A stretch of 64,000 nucleotides of DNA from Paraspadella gotoi (taxonomy: Eukaryota; Animalia; Chaetognatha): NCBI GenBank assembly GCA_051294375.1, contig JBJCIZ010000028.1, forward strand, positions 1,549,576 through 1,613,575. The letters run 5' to 3'. The translations under genes and the position numbers were made by a program. Below are positions 37,062 through 52,952 of the stretch, piece after piece (the stretch's first letter is position 1; each line of letters begins with the position of its first letter). The notes beneath the pieces were generated by a model. It saw only the letters and a list, made by a program, of their open reading frames with translations, was not told where the DNA came from and did no database searches.

Positions 37062-38377
37062 ATAGTTACCGAATGATAATGAAAATAGTGGTAGAATTTC
37101 ATATTTACAGATATAGAATAGCTACGGCTTTTGGCTAAATATACTAATCTGAAGTTTGACAAATATTATAAACTTCCTGCCATTTATTTCATTTCGAAGA
37201 CCAACAATATTATCTTGTTCGCTTTTATTTTTTCTTTCGAAACTTTGTCTGCTTAAAGTAATGCTTAAAGTAATGCGTAGTTAAATTCCACTTTAAATTA
37301 TCAATATTATATAATCAGTATATGCGTCAATTATTTTCTTTCATTTTAAAATTAGTAGTAATCTCTCGTCTGGTTGATTTTTTTTTTTCAACATATAAAT
37401 GAATGACCAATAATTTATAAAACTACTAACTTAGCTGCAAATTGTAACAAAAAATTTACTATTTCGATCAAAAACGATGAATTTTTAAATAAAAAAAAAT
37501 ATTTCTCGATAATTTTCATATCTGTAATATCAATTAACAATTATCGAAATATTTACAAGCATACAGTTTTTCTAAACAAAACCGTGACAGTATTATCAAT
37601 TATCAAATTGGATTTGAAGTACTGTTTTTATCAAATTTTTTTCAGTTAAGACAGAAATTTGCTATGACAAAACGTGGTTGTTAGGAAAATTGTCATATCA
37701 AAAATGAAACAAAAGTATACAGATGTTAGTTAGAAAAAAGGGCTCAAAATTTAAAGAAAAAGAAAATTTTTAAACTGATAAAGTTTCCTAAAAAATTATG
37801 TTGAAAAAAATTATTTGCATTAATAACAAATCAATACACATATCCCATGTTCAAACCAACGTAATTTAACATTCAATTTTCGATACTTCTTGTGAACGTA
37901 AGTTGCATAAATTTGTGGCCTTAAGAAGCTTTTTAAAAAGCTTTTTGGAAAGTAAAATTAACATACTAAGCATAGTTAACTATGTACATTATGCAAATAC
38001 ACGAAAATAGACAGAACGGAACATTATTCGTGGAAATTTGAACGACGTTCAGGATCCGAAGGAGCACCGCTTTTTGTTTTTAAGAAATACGAAAATCTTC
38101 GGATTTAAAATTTGCGTCAGAACATTAATTAGTAGTTAAGATAATAATACGTTTCCTACAAATAAAAACAAACTTAATTATTAAATAGGGTTTGTCACAT
38201 TAAAAAAAAACACCTTAAAAACAAAAGGCACCGGCCTCCCCAAAAAAAAATCCCAATCAACCACGAGGTTAATTTGTTAAAGTTTTTTTTTCACGAAGAC
38301 TTCATCTCACCGACCACTTTTTTTTTTCAATTAATTTTTTTTCAGTCAGGGATCAATTTGGGGATCAATTATGGGGA

Positions 38378-39256
38378 TCAAGATCTCGACCTGGATCTGG
38401 ATTCGGATTTAGATCTAGATCGTGATTTCCTTTCTTCGTTGGCCGGCGACGGGGATCTCTTGGGCGATTTGGATTTGGATCTGGATTTGGACCTAGATTT
38501 GGATTTGGATCCAGATTTGGATCGTTTCTCGGCGGAATTGGATCTGGATCCGGCCGGGCTACGATCCCTCGATTCTTTCCGGCCGTTGACCTTCGCTCCA
38601 GCCCTTGATCCGGATCGGCTGCGGCTCCTCGACCGGCTTCTGGAGCGAGAGCGTCTTCTCCCACGGCTCCTCGAGCGGCTGCGGGAGCGACTCCTAGAGC
38701 GGTCACGCCCGCTCCTACCAGAGGTGCGATCGTCCTTTGTAAGACGGATTCGGCGTCCGTTGAGCTCCTGCCCATCCAATTCATCCAGCGCCCTCTCCAT
38801 GTCGTCTCTGGAACTGTACTCAACAACGCCCTCTCCATTACGGTCACGATGGGCGTCGCTGAAGGTGACGTCTCCCGCTTTGCGCATGAAGTCCTTCAAG
38901 TCCTGCCACGAGACGCTCGACGACAGATTCTCCACGATGATGCGGTAGTCGGTCCTGACCGGCGGACCGCGCCGGACCGGCGATCGTCGATAACCGACGC
39001 TTCGTCCTCCGGCGCCGCGACGCCCGGTTGCGCCGGGACGCCGGGCGAATTCGATGCCGAGACGCTCGCCTTGAAGACTCTTTCCGTCGAGGTCTTTGAC
39101 GGCGTCTTCGGCGTCGCGAACGTCCTCGAATTCCACGAAACCGAATCGACCCTTGATGACGATGTCGCGGATTCGTCCGTAGCCGTCGAAGAATCGCTCG
39201 AGGTCGTCCTCTCGGATGCGGGAGGAGAGCCCGCCGACGAAGACTCGGGTGCCCAT
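38378..39256 (-). CDS. SR splicing factor, SRSF4/5/6 (B52/SRp55) type, intronless CDS
   Basis: RRM1 (RVFVGGL, GFVEFED), pseudo-RRM2 with SWQDLKD, C-terminal RS domain. Confidence 0.95.
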   Translation of the reverse strand: MGTRVFVGGLSSRIREDDLERFFDGYGRIRDIVIKGRFGFVEFEDVRDAEDAVKDLDGKSLQGERLGIEFARRPGATGRRGAGGRSVGYRRSPVRRGPPVRTDYRIIVENLSSSVSWQDLKDFMRKAGDVTFSDAHRDRNGEGVVEYSSRDDMERALDELDGQELNGRRIRLTKDDRTSGRSGRDRSRSRSRSRSRSRGRRRSRSRSRSRSRSRSGSRAGAKVNGRKESRDRSPAGSRSNSAEKRSKSGSKSKSRSKSRSKSKSPKRSPSPANEERKSRSRSKSESRSRSRS

Positions 39257-40848
39257 GACGAGTAGAGAGAGTTGTTAAAATTGGAGAAGTTTTTAGTTTA
39301 TTTTCTACGCAAATATTTTAGGCTTTTTTTTTTTTTTTACCGAAATTCGTGTTTCACACTTTGTCGTTTTTTTTAAAAAAAGCAGTTCGGTGTGGCGAAT
39401 GTCGACTTATCTTTCTTTATTAAAGCGAATATAAGATTAAGGGAAGCCGAGGTTTTTGTTATCAAAAACAAGAGATTCAATTGTTTTGTCTCTTGTCTTT
39501 ATTTAAAGAAACAATGCGGGTCCGAAACTGTTTCTGTTTCGTGGCTTCAAAGTTTTCGGCTTCGCTTTTTCCCTCCAAAAATCCCAAGAGCGAAATTCAC
39601 GCGGAATAAAAGAAAAACGAGGAAGAATTAATAACAAAAAGAGAGAGAAATGATGAAGATTTCAACGAGGCCCCGCGGTACGAAAAACGCTCGATCGGGG
39701 CCCATTATAAACCAATGGAAAAAAATACCGGGTAAACAGATATTAAGAATCGAGGATCTCCGAGCTCGATCGGGGCCGCCTTAGAAAATGACAATAGCGG
39801 CGCTCGATCGGGGCCTTGAATGGGATTGTGCAATAACATGAGGGTCGCGTCGTTTGGTGACCGATGGCGGCCAGCTTTGAATAGGGTCTTTGCTTTAAAC
39901 AATTGCATTTAAATTAACAATATTTTAGAAACTTTGAATAAGTCTCGGGGAGAGGAAGGAAAGGGCATAGCCCAGATTCACTCCGCATAGAAATATCCAT
40001 CACTCAGTTCAGGCTCAGCGGTTAAAGATGTTCTTGAGGGTCATCTTCAGCCCAGTTAGCGCCTTCACCACACTGGTAAATTTAGAGTTAGATTTTGAAT
40101 GAATTCATTTTCCTCATATTCTTAATATTTAACAATAAATAAGAAATTTTTAAAAGTGGATTCTGATAAAGATTAAAAAGTCAGATAAAGGTTAGCATTA
40201 TAAATTTTAAGAATTTTAGTGATAAATGGGTTAAAATTAGAAAAATCTTTAACAAATTATTATCATCATCGTCATCATTCAATAAATTGGATATTTTTTT
40301 ATTAATTTTCATAGACAAATCATTAAAATTTCAAAAAGTTGTAATACACTGCGACGCAAAAAAAAGTAGCCACTTGTTAGCTTTAAATACCCTACTATTT
40401 CCTTAACTGGAAGCAGAGTAGGTTGAATTACTAATGAAATATTAAGTCATTTAAATTAATGCATGGCAGACTAGTAAGATATCAGTAAACGATTCCAGTG
40501 TGTGTGTTTCATACTTGTGTAGTAGCGTTTTTACATTTATTTTTTACCGGAATTTTTCCCAAGAATGTTTATAAAGTTTGCTAGTGAAAAAATATTCCTT
40601 AACTTCTAAGAGCGAGGCAGACTCCTATTGAGTTTCTTCGCGATTAACAAGAAAGGAAAAGACGATAAAATTATTTAAAAAAAAGTTTTTATTTCTATTC
40701 GCATTTAACAAACGAATAAATGTTTACGTTGACAGAACAAACTTTTTTTTTCCAAATCTTATTTTCTGACAAAAGACAAATTTACTCCATCAAAAGTTTC
40801 TTTGTCCATCAACGAATCTTTATTTCTTCGTCGGACGAGAATCCATGT

Positions 40849-43307
<2,459 letters not shown>

Positions 43308-43967
43308 CGTCGTCGTCGTCGTCGTCGTTCTGCTTCTTTTTTTTTCTGCTTTCTTCAGTTTTTAATATTTCATTATCCAAATTTTAGTTTTTTAATTTTT
43401 TTTAAGTATTTGTTTAAACTTTTTCGTGGTAAAGAAGTTTTTTATTAGCGTTTTTTTTCCGAATGGCGGATCGGGTCTTTTTTGATCAGACTGACCGTCC
43501 CACTTTTAAATCTTTACCAATTTATTATTATTATTAAATTTAGTAGAGAAAAACATTTATTGTCACAACGAATTTTTATTCGTATTTAAAACAGACATGT
43601 TTTATTCGCAATATCATTATGTAATGTATGTATTTGAGTGTACAGGGCACATACTTGACATATTCTATCAAGAAATAAGAATATTTTTTTTAATCTTAAT
43701 TATCAGTTTTTATTTACGAAACAAAGTAAACAGGATTATGGTAACAAAAACTTTTACAAGGCCACAAAATTATCACGTCTCAACTAATTATGAACCATTG
43801 GTTTATTTAGCTATCAACCGCTTATTTCTCTAAGATAGTTTCTGTATTAAATCTTTCTTGACTAAATAGATACTTAAAAGCATTAATATGTCTTTTGGCC
43901 AGAGTTAGCTTTTCTCTATCAGCTCTCTCTCAACCCTCTTTCTTCAATCTCTAACTTTCCTCTTTCT

Positions 43968-44740
43968 TTAAAACCCCCACGTAGTCAGGAGCAGCGCCAA
44001 TGACTGGATCAGACCCACGGCCCCGCCCACTTTCGGTAAATTCTTGGCGCCGCTCGAAGAGACCGCTCCGCCGCCATTTTGACAAGGATCTCCGACCCAT
44101 TTGGCTTCGGACACAAGGACACCTGCTTTCTTGAGTTTGACCAAGTCGCAATTGCATCCATCGAAGCAGACCTGGGATTTGATGCCTGTGAGTGAGAGAG
44201 GGAGAGTGAGTGGGAGAGACAGAGAGAGAGAGGGAGAAAGAGAGAAGAAGAGATTAAGAGTAGATCACGCCAGATAGAGACAGATAAAAAGAGACAGACA
44301 TAGAGAGAGACAGCGAGACTGAGAGAGACGGAGAAAGAAAAAGAGAGAAAGCGAAAATAAAGAAACAAAGGAGACACACACAGAGAGAGAGAGAGAGAAA
44401 GACAAGTAAAAAGATAAAGAAATAGAAAGAGAGAGTCAGACAGAGAGTGAGATAGAAAGACGAAGAGGTAAAGGAACCAAGAGAGAGACGGAGACAGCTC
44501 CATCCCCCAATCTCACGAACCAGTGATGTCTCACAAGCCCGGTTCTCACCGTTAAAAAAGGTGAGGTGACAGCAACCGGTCGACTGAACGTGTTCCCACG
44601 CTAGCTTCTCCGTCTCTCCAGGCATCAAAACTGTGAGGAGTCCTTGTGAACGACAGAATTCAGCTGTGCGACAAGAGCCTACTCGTTCTGGGAGTGGAGA
44701 GAGAGAGGGAGAGAGGTAGAACGAGGGAGGGAGAGAGAGA

Positions 44741-44784
<44 letters not shown>

Positions 44785-47003
44785 GGGAGGAATATCACAG
44801 ATAATGAAGAGATATTAAGATTTGTTTCTAAAGCTTGTAAGAGAGAGAGAGAGAGAGAGGGAGAGGGAAAAGACAGTTGTCAGTCTCTTTCTGGATAACT
44901 GTTCCAAATTCATAATAACATTTTTTTTTCAAGTCAGGCATGGTAAAATATTTTTTTCGTGAAACATGTCAACTCTTTTTTTGAATTTTTTTTAAACAAT
45001 ATTTTCCGGCGATGTGTTGTCCTCGTAAAGTTCGTTTGTTCGTTTGTAATTCATTTATAAAAAGATGACCAATAAATATTTAGGAACGAAGAAGCCGATT
45101 CCTACCCATTCCTCCATCTTCACATTTGGCCGAAGTGACGGTCCGATTTTTCACAATGAGATCCAAGTTCGGGGCATTGCAACTCGGACACCAAAGACAC
45201 ACGTTCTGCTGGGATCCATCTGGTTGAGGAATTAAATATTGAAATTCAAACTGAATTCCGGTATAGAAGAAAAAGAAATGGGGCGCTCTGGGAAAAGAGA
45301 ACTCATTTTTTTTTCCGGCGGAATCTTCCAAAGATTAAAAACGATATTAACCTTTGGCAGTTAAAAATAAATGCAGTATTAGTTTTATCATCGTACCTTT
45401 ACTTCGATAATAGTTAATAATAGCTCAGCACTTTTTTTCACATTTTTTAAGACTTAATGTTTTTGGATTAAGACTTGGGATTTTTTACCGGCTATGATTT
45501 TATCTATCTTCAGGTCAACACCCATGGAAAAATCGAAAGAATTAGACCAATTATTTAATTATCTAAACTAAACGACAAGCGACGCACCGTCGTAAGCCAC
45601 TGAGCAGCAGCCATTGACGTCTTGTCCGACCAACTTCGTCTCGTTGTCAAAAGCGACGTCGACCGGAGAATGAGAATTGCACCAAGAGTCCGTGGAGCAA
45701 TTGTTGGGGCTTTCGCCATCAAAGGGAAGAGGGGTCGTTCTGAGGGGGAAGTGGAAAAAGATGGAAACCTTAAAAAGTATCTGAGGGGGAAGTGGAAAAA
45801 GATGGAAACCTTAAAAAGTATCTCGTGGATTGACTATGGAAAGATAGAGACGAGAATGACGACGAAAATGATGACGATGATAAAAACAATGAGGTAGACG
45901 ACGACAAAGAAGTCGACATAAACGACGACGACGAATTGTTATTTGTAGTTAACTGTTAAGGCAGTATAAAATGGTAATCATATCAGTCTTATCCTTGAGG
46001 GTAAAAAAAAAATAACATGTAACCTTGGTTCGCCGCCAAAAAAATAATCATTTCCACCCCTTTCTGTTCAGCCTCTTCGTCTTAGATATTTAGATATTTA
46101 TTTTATCATATTATGATTTTTAATTAATGACTTTCTAACAGGAATGATGTATGATAAGACTTATCATAAGTATAAGAAAACAGATGCTCCCTCTATTACC
46201 AGAAGACAACACTGACCTCCCCATCCCAAAGACAAGAAAAAAAATATTATGGGAATAGCCGGCTGAGCCCGCTGAGTATGCGCCATTTGGGATGGGGCAG
46301 TCTCACTGTTGTGCTGTTGGGCGCTTCCGACCCTCAGTGACGCCTCCAGTCACTGGCGCGGTTACCGTAGGACGGTTCGCTTTGCCAAGAGGGAAGTCGT
46401 TAAGACTGTGGAGGTGGAATGAACACAACGCCTGGGATAGTGTTGTTCCGCACTCTGAGCCAATGGGATTGGCTGAACGCATGGTGGACGTGAGGCGGTG
46501 TGAATATACCGCCACAGTATATTATATAATTAAATAGGGTCAGTTTTACTTTCGCCGACCGGGGTTAGAGGGGGGTTAGGGTTAATAGTTAGGTTTAAGT
46601 TAGGGTTAATAGTGGTTTAAGTTTGGTTTAGGGTTAGGGGTCGTTTTGGTTAAGAGGGTTTAGGGTTATGGTAATTAGCTAATAATTTTTTTTTAATGGG
46701 TTTTAAATTGTTTTTCAAAAGAAACCCCGGTCGGCAAGAATAAAATTTTACCATTAAATATTATAAATTAAACATTAAAGCCTTAAATATTAATATTATA
46801 ATATATACAAAAATATAAAAGAAAATTGAAATATTATCATCAATAATTATCCCACTCTAAACCTTTATCAACCCCTTGATAGTATACCCGTTCAAATTGG
46901 AAAAATTAAATCGGGTGGAAATCGGGAGCGAGGTCGTGCTCTGGCCCAAGGCGCCGCCATTTTGGATGAGGAAGAGGAAGGAAGCGATGAGAGGCGTCAC
47001 CAT
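43968..47003 (-). CDS. Secreted, probably GPI-anchored protein with two Cys-rich domains (paralog B, 5 exons)
   Basis: Signal MVTPLIASFLFLIQNGGALG; CSTDSWC...VNGCC / VCLWCPSC...AKC / CRTAEFC...STGCC / VCFDGCNC...WVGDPC; tail GAVGLIQSLALLLTTWGF*. Confidence 0.75.
46248..46516 (-). mobile_element. Solo LTR-like element, family 2, with degenerate A/B boxes
   Basis: TGTGG...CCATA; 5' hairpin GGCGGT/ACCGCC; TGGCTCAGAG and GTTCATTCC boxes; flanks ATAT/GTAT; shares GGAGGCG-TCACTGA-GGGTC with family 3. Confidence 0.65.
46537..46753. mobile_element. MITE with internal TTAGGG-like repeats
   Basis: TIR-like TTTTACTTTCGCCGACCGG / CCGGTCGGC..AAAATTTTACC; related element at ~23812-23930. Confidence 0.6.
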
Positions 47004-47549
47004 CGTCGCCAGGCTTCGTCGTCGTCGCCTTCCTCGAGGTAGGCCTTATTTTCACAAAACGCCCAATTTCATCTTTAGATTTGAAACTAAGTAAATTGTT
47101 TGATTTTAAAATTTAGGTAATTTTAAAATTAGTGTTATTGTCTAAAGTTAAAGATTAAGAGGTTATATGTTTGATATTAGATGTAGGTTATATTTTAAGA
47201 TTACAAATGTAATTTAAGAATTTTTAGGAACAGAAATAGGGCGCTTTTCGAGAAGAGAGCCTTTTACGACCGGATTCGTCTCTCGCGCCGTTTCTTCTTC
47301 TCTTTTTTTTCCTTTATTTTATTCTATGTTGTATAATTTAATCTTTTCTCTTTCTTGTATCCATTTAATTTGATGAATATCCTTCTTTCAATTTTCTTTT
47401 CTTCTTAAATACTTCGGCATTTCATCCTTAAAATGGTTTTTTTCAACCTTAAAGTTTGACAGGTTTTTTTTCCCCTTTTTTTTGTTGTTAAAGAGGCGAA
47501 GCTGAGGAAGGAACGATTCTGCACGAAGCGGCAGCGGATTAATAATATT

Positions 47550-47591
<42 letters not shown>

Positions 47592-48143
47592 TGCTTTAAC
47601 TAGTGTACTGTACTGTACATACCCGATTCACTAAAATTATCCAAAATTATTATACGGTCTGTCGGTTATTTTCCTCCCTCAATAAAAACCCCCATCTATA
47701 ATAATTCATATTTCTTCTCTCAGGTCATTATCAAATTTTATATGAGGTTTAGGAAAAGATTCATTATCGTTTAATGCTCAGCAAGAGATTGTCACCGATA
47801 TTCAACCAATTTTTTCTACAAAAGCAAAAATTGTGTGTGGGTAGGAACTTAGGAAAGGGTGTGATTGAGCTGGATATAAAGTTTCGATGGAATCGGTGGT
47901 GGAATTGAGTTTAAATGGAAAAAAACAAGTCATATTTACTTATTTTTACTTATTTTTACTTATATTCACTCATAATAATTATATTTATTAAAAACTGGAT
48001 AAATAAATTGAAATGAAATTTTGTGAGTGGGTAGGAAAGTATGTGATTAAGCTGGATATTAAATTTTGATAGAATCGTAGGAGTGGAAAACCAAAAGGCA
48101 CATTTATTTGAATTTTTTAAAGTTTCTCTCTCTCTATCTCTCT

Positions 48144-48304
48144 GTTGACCAAATTATGCCTGTTGACAAATTATGCCAGTTGACCAAATTATGCCGGTGG
48201 ACCAAATTATGCCGGTTGAACAAATTATACCAGTTGACCAAATTATGCCAGTTGACCANNNNNNNNNNGTTGACCAAATTATGCCAGTTGACCAAATTAT
48301 GCCA
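48144..48304. repeat. 18-bp minisatellite GTTGACCAAATTATGCCA
   Basis: Direct tandem copies, interrupted by an N gap. Confidence 0.9.
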
Positions 48305-48567
48305 GACTTTTGCTGATTGTAAATATCGTCATTATTTGTGGAATATAAATCAAGGTAATGGGACTTATCACGCAAATAATGACATATTGAAATAAAGTAA
48401 TTATTGTTTTACACAGACAGAGAGACGACGTTATATTATGAATCGAGAATTGATATTGAATAAGGAAAGGCAAAGTACCAAATAAGAGAGACAGATATAG
48501 TAAGAAATAGAGAGAGATATTGATATTGAAAAGCGAAATTGCGAGATTTAGGCTAGTACTTTAAACT

Positions 48568-48611
<44 letters not shown>

Positions 48612-48832
48612 AAGGGAGAGATAGAGAGAGAGAAATAAACTTTATCATAGTACCCAACAGGTTGAGCAGGTTGAAAACTAGAAGTTCTCTCAAATAGATA
48701 ATGGTTAAGTGACTGTTAGAGAATATGAAAATGAAAATAATATTTAAAATTACCTTTCTGATAAGCGCACGGAAGCATTTAAAGATTATTTTATTGTGTA
48801 TAGACTTTCGATTTCGTTGTTTATGGGCATTG

Positions 48833-48885
48833 ATCATCACTGATGAAGACTCTAAAAATACAGAGTCGAAACATGTCTGTCAAAT
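48833..48885 (+). ncRNA. Minimal (Penelope-type) hammerhead ribozyme
   Basis: CTGATGA-A-GACTC-loop-GAGTC-GAAAC-ATGTC: intact core, 5-bp stem II, palindromic ACATGT stem III, GUC triplet; AATAAA downstream. Confidence 0.75.
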
Positions 48886-49950
48886 TGTCACTAAAATTCG
48901 TTGTCAAAACAAATAAAAATTGTTTTTCTCCTAAAGATTATTTTAATACTATATAAAGTTTAAATTTTGTTTTAAATTTAAAAAAAAATTTTTAATAGAC
49001 TCTGATAGAGCTTTAAAAGTTAGATAAAGGTTATTAATACAACTTTTAAAAAATGTTTTATTTATGAAAATTTTAAAAAACTATAAAATTCAGCCAATAA
49101 TGATGATGATGATTATTTTTTTAAGGTTTTTTCTATTTTTAACCAATTTATTGTCAAAATATTAAAAATTTGTAGTACTTACTTTAATTTAACTTTTTTA
49201 GTTCTATAGGAATCCGTTCTTAAAAAATATAATTAAAAAAAAAGTTTATCATAAGGCGACTTATACTTTTACTTACTTAAAAGCTTCAGTGCAACAACCC
49301 AACGAACTAATTCAAAAAGTTGCATTGAAAATCGATTTAGTAGTAGAAGGAAAAAAAATTTTTGGAGAGAACTAAAGTTATAAAAAGTGTTCAATTTTGG
49401 CCCGCCTTGGACTACCCATCCTTGCGACGTTGATGAACTAAAACTATCCAAATACTATATAAAATTTAAAAAAACAACTATAATTTCTAACTGATTTATT
49501 GGTCCGTAATATCATTTCAAGAAAAATTTATCGAGAAATCCATTGATAAAAAAAAAGTTTGTCTTAATCTTTAATTATTACTTATCTACAGTCAAGAAAC
49601 TTTTCTGTCCACAATCCCACAAATCTCACTGCCACGGACTCCTAAAAACCCGGCCTTATGTCAAGGGTTAGGGTTAAGGATTATGTTAAAGATTAGGTAA
49701 GTGATTATAATTAAAGACTTGGTTTGTAATTTAGGTTAAAAATTATTATTTACTAATTTAGGGTTAAAGGTTATAACGTTAAGTTTCGAAATCAAGGATA
49801 AGGATTTGAGGTTATTTTTCAGGATTAGATTAGTGTTAAGGATTAGGGATTAGTTATTAAGTTCAAAAATATAAACGGGGGACTCTCGGAAAAGAGAGCC
49901 AAAATCATTATTTCATCCAGACCCAATTTATTCCATGACAGATCATTCTT

Positions 49951-52900
49951 TCAAAATTCCCTCAGCGTCTTCGACAAAAACTTTGCCAACGTGGAGATCA
50001 GAACAAAGGCCACGTCCACTCGCGGTCGTTCGACGCCAGCAGCGTCGTCCCCAATGCCGCCGCCAACGTCGCCTCCGCCGCTAACATTCTGAGCCGCGCA
50101 GGGATCCCCATTCCAACTGACTTCTTTGACAGCGAGATTTTTTACTTTTAAGAAATCCAGATTGCACTTGCAACCGTCAAAGCAGATACCTCCTGACATG
50201 CCTAGAATAAAAATTTTTGACTTAAAAATTCAGAGGATTATTTTATATATTCTTATACCGGCCGATGTAGAATGACGGGAGTATTCTTAATATTAAGTTC
50301 CATGAATATCACCGTGTACATAAAAATTTAAAAAAATATTTAAAAAAAATCCCCTCCTTCAAAAAAAGGAGTATAATTTGAGGCGCATTGTAAATCGCTA
50401 AAGCGATGCTTGTCAGTATAACAGACAATCAATCTCCGTAATCAATTAACCTAAATTATGTCTTACCATTTTCCAAGGTCATGTTACAGCATCCGGTTGG
50501 TTTGAGTCCGATCCACGTCAGCGTCGTCTCTCCGTCGCTGATTTCTGTTTGAATGCCGCCCAATCCTTTGCAGAATTCCGGCGTTCGACAATTTGACGGC
50601 TCCTCTGTCACTTCCCATTGCGATTCTAGGAAATAATAGAGGCCATGAGTTTTTCAAAACACCTCAGTTCGTGTAAAATTTAGAATAAATAGAATTCACT
50701 TTGTCAGTCTGTCGGTCGCCACCCCATAACAGACTCTCAAAGTGAACCAGTGGCGGCGCCAATACATGTATACTAAGGCGGAACAAAGTAAAAACTAAGA
50801 GTTCTGTAATATAAATAACGTTAGAGCATCTCTGTGGGATGACAAAATTAAAAAATAATTTAAGATTTTATATATAGTTAATAACATAGAAGCAAGTAAA
50901 GTTAATTGTATTACTATAAATCATGAATTTTTTTTTCAAAATCAGAATTTTTAAAAACGGATTTGGGTAGAGATTGAAAAAAAAATATTGCTTAAAATTA
51001 GCAAAAACTATAAAAATTATGGTAAGTCGATGCTGACGATGATTTTAAAAAGTTTTTCCATTATTTGACCAACTTTTCATCGAATTATTGGAAAACGCAT
51101 TATACTTTCTGTAGACAACTTTTTATGGGCTATCTGATTCCGTTCTTAAAAAATAAAATAAAAAAAAAAAATTTTTATTGCCTATGCATTGATAAATATT
51201 TAAATGCTTCAATGTTATACTGTGCTTCACTAGTTAAAAAAGTGATAGTAAATATTGATTAAGTATATGATGGACAAATGAATTTTATATTACAGAACTC
51301 TTAATGATAAAAAGTGATCAATTTTGGCCCGCCTTAATGTATACAAAGTATACATGTATACAATGTATACATACTATTTTGTGTAAAGCAATGTTAGTGA
51401 AGATCGAGTGGGTGCAGACAGAAGAGAAAATTTCTATAGAAAGTAAAGGGAAAATGCTCAATGCACATTGTGCATTGCACAATGCTCAGGGATAATTGCT
51501 CATAGTAGAGAAAGTAAGAGACAAATCCTAGAAGGAGAGAAGAAAAAGTTAAGTAACTAGAAAAAGCGATTTACCAAAAAAAAAAAAAAAAAATAAATGG
51601 CTAAAGCGATTTACAATTATAGACCTGTATTGCTAATAGAGGCAAGTAGCAGAGATACAATTCATGCAAGCTTTGTGGGGGACAATAAAGCAATAAAGCA
51701 AAACAAATCTGTATTAAGCTTAATCACCTATTGACTCGCTTTTTCTTTCGCCATTGTTTCCTTCTTGGCTTTGGCAAGGGTCACCTACCCAAAGCGCTTC
51801 GACCACATATGCCAGTCCTTGATCCACCAGTTTATCCGCAACGCAATCACAACCGTTTAAACAAATATTTAAAGTTTCTCCTGGATATATAAAGAAAAAA
51901 AACTTGGATAACTAAGTGTGTAGAATTCGATGACTCTTTCTTTAATCTTTAATTAAAAATAAGATAAAAGAGTTGGCATGGAGATACGAACCCGTGTTCA
52001 TTGCGTCAGCTTCAGAGACTGAACTATTCCAATTTGCTATTTTTTAGCATGTTAGTTAAACAAATGAACACCGTCAATCAACTCTTACACTTATAGTTAC
52101 AGTTTGAACTAGGAGTAGTGTTGTGGTTACTATAGCAGTAACTTACCAAACTAATTTCTTTGTCTCTTCACGAAGACTTTTTATTGTTAACAACTAGTTA
52201 ATCTGGTTTTATTTGGTTCCATATCGTTTATTACCTTATATTATTGTTAATGTTTTACTTGATCATTTTGTTTTTACATATAGATATTGTAATTGCTTGC
52301 TGGTAAAAGCAGTTGTATATCTCAATGCTATGATTATTTTTTTAATGTACTTATTTTAAGCTGAACAAAATAAAACTTTGTTCTTGGAAACTTTTAATGT
52401 AGCAAATCAAGCTACTTTCAAACTAACAACGCATGTCAAAGAAGCGGAAGTGCTACGCCAACTTCGTCCATACAAGCAGCGCCAAACTTATTGTAACAAC
52501 CAGGATTGATCAACCAAATTTAATTTAATTCAAAGTTGTTTTTTTTTTCTTCAAAAATCACAGACCTGGATCCATTTCCATTTCATGGTACTTGCAGCAG
52601 CCGGTAGAGACGAATGGACCCCAAGTAATTCTTTCACCATTATTAAGATCTACATAATTTTCAATAGTTCCCTTTTCCTTACAAAAACCCGCCGTTTCAC
52701 ACGTTATGGCTGAAGAAGAACAAAAGAACAATTGAATAAAAGAGCAACAGAAGGTAAATGGGGGAGAGAGAGAGGCATAGCATTTTCTCAGAGAAAGAGA
52801 GAGAGAGAGTCTCTCCAATGTCAGGCCTCGCGAGGGAAATTTTAAAACTGACTTGTTTGAGCTTCATGAAAATTGACGATGAAGATGAAGAAGAGAAATG

Positions 52901-52952
52901 ACCAAGTGATCGGTCCATGGTTCGTCGTCGTCGTCGTCGTCGTCGTCATCAT
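49951..52952 (-). CDS. Secreted, probably GPI-anchored protein with two Cys-rich domains (paralog A, 5 exons)
   Basis: MM(T)8NHGPITWSFLFFIFIVNFHEAQT / TITCETAGFC...STGCC / ICLNGCDC...WVGDPC / CRTPEFC...PTGCC / ICFDGCKC...WNGDPC...VAFVLISTLAKFLSKTLREF*; all four introns phase 1. Confidence 0.8.

Noticed and set aside
38274-39265. Plus-strand 224-aa and 138-aa ORFs (DLDLD repeats)
   Set aside because: Antisense shadow of the RS domain and RRMs.
46560-46670. Interstitial telomere
   Set aside because: TTAGGG-like units are degenerate and lie inside a TIR-bounded MITE.
48108-48395. CRISPR-like array or repeat protein (TKLCQL)n
   Set aside because: Head-to-tail 18-bp minisatellite without spacers, in a eukaryotic context.
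52697-52918. ORF MDRSLGHF... as first exon of paralog A
   Set aside because: Wrong frame; the frame from 52952 gives a signal-like peptide and a phase-compatible donor.
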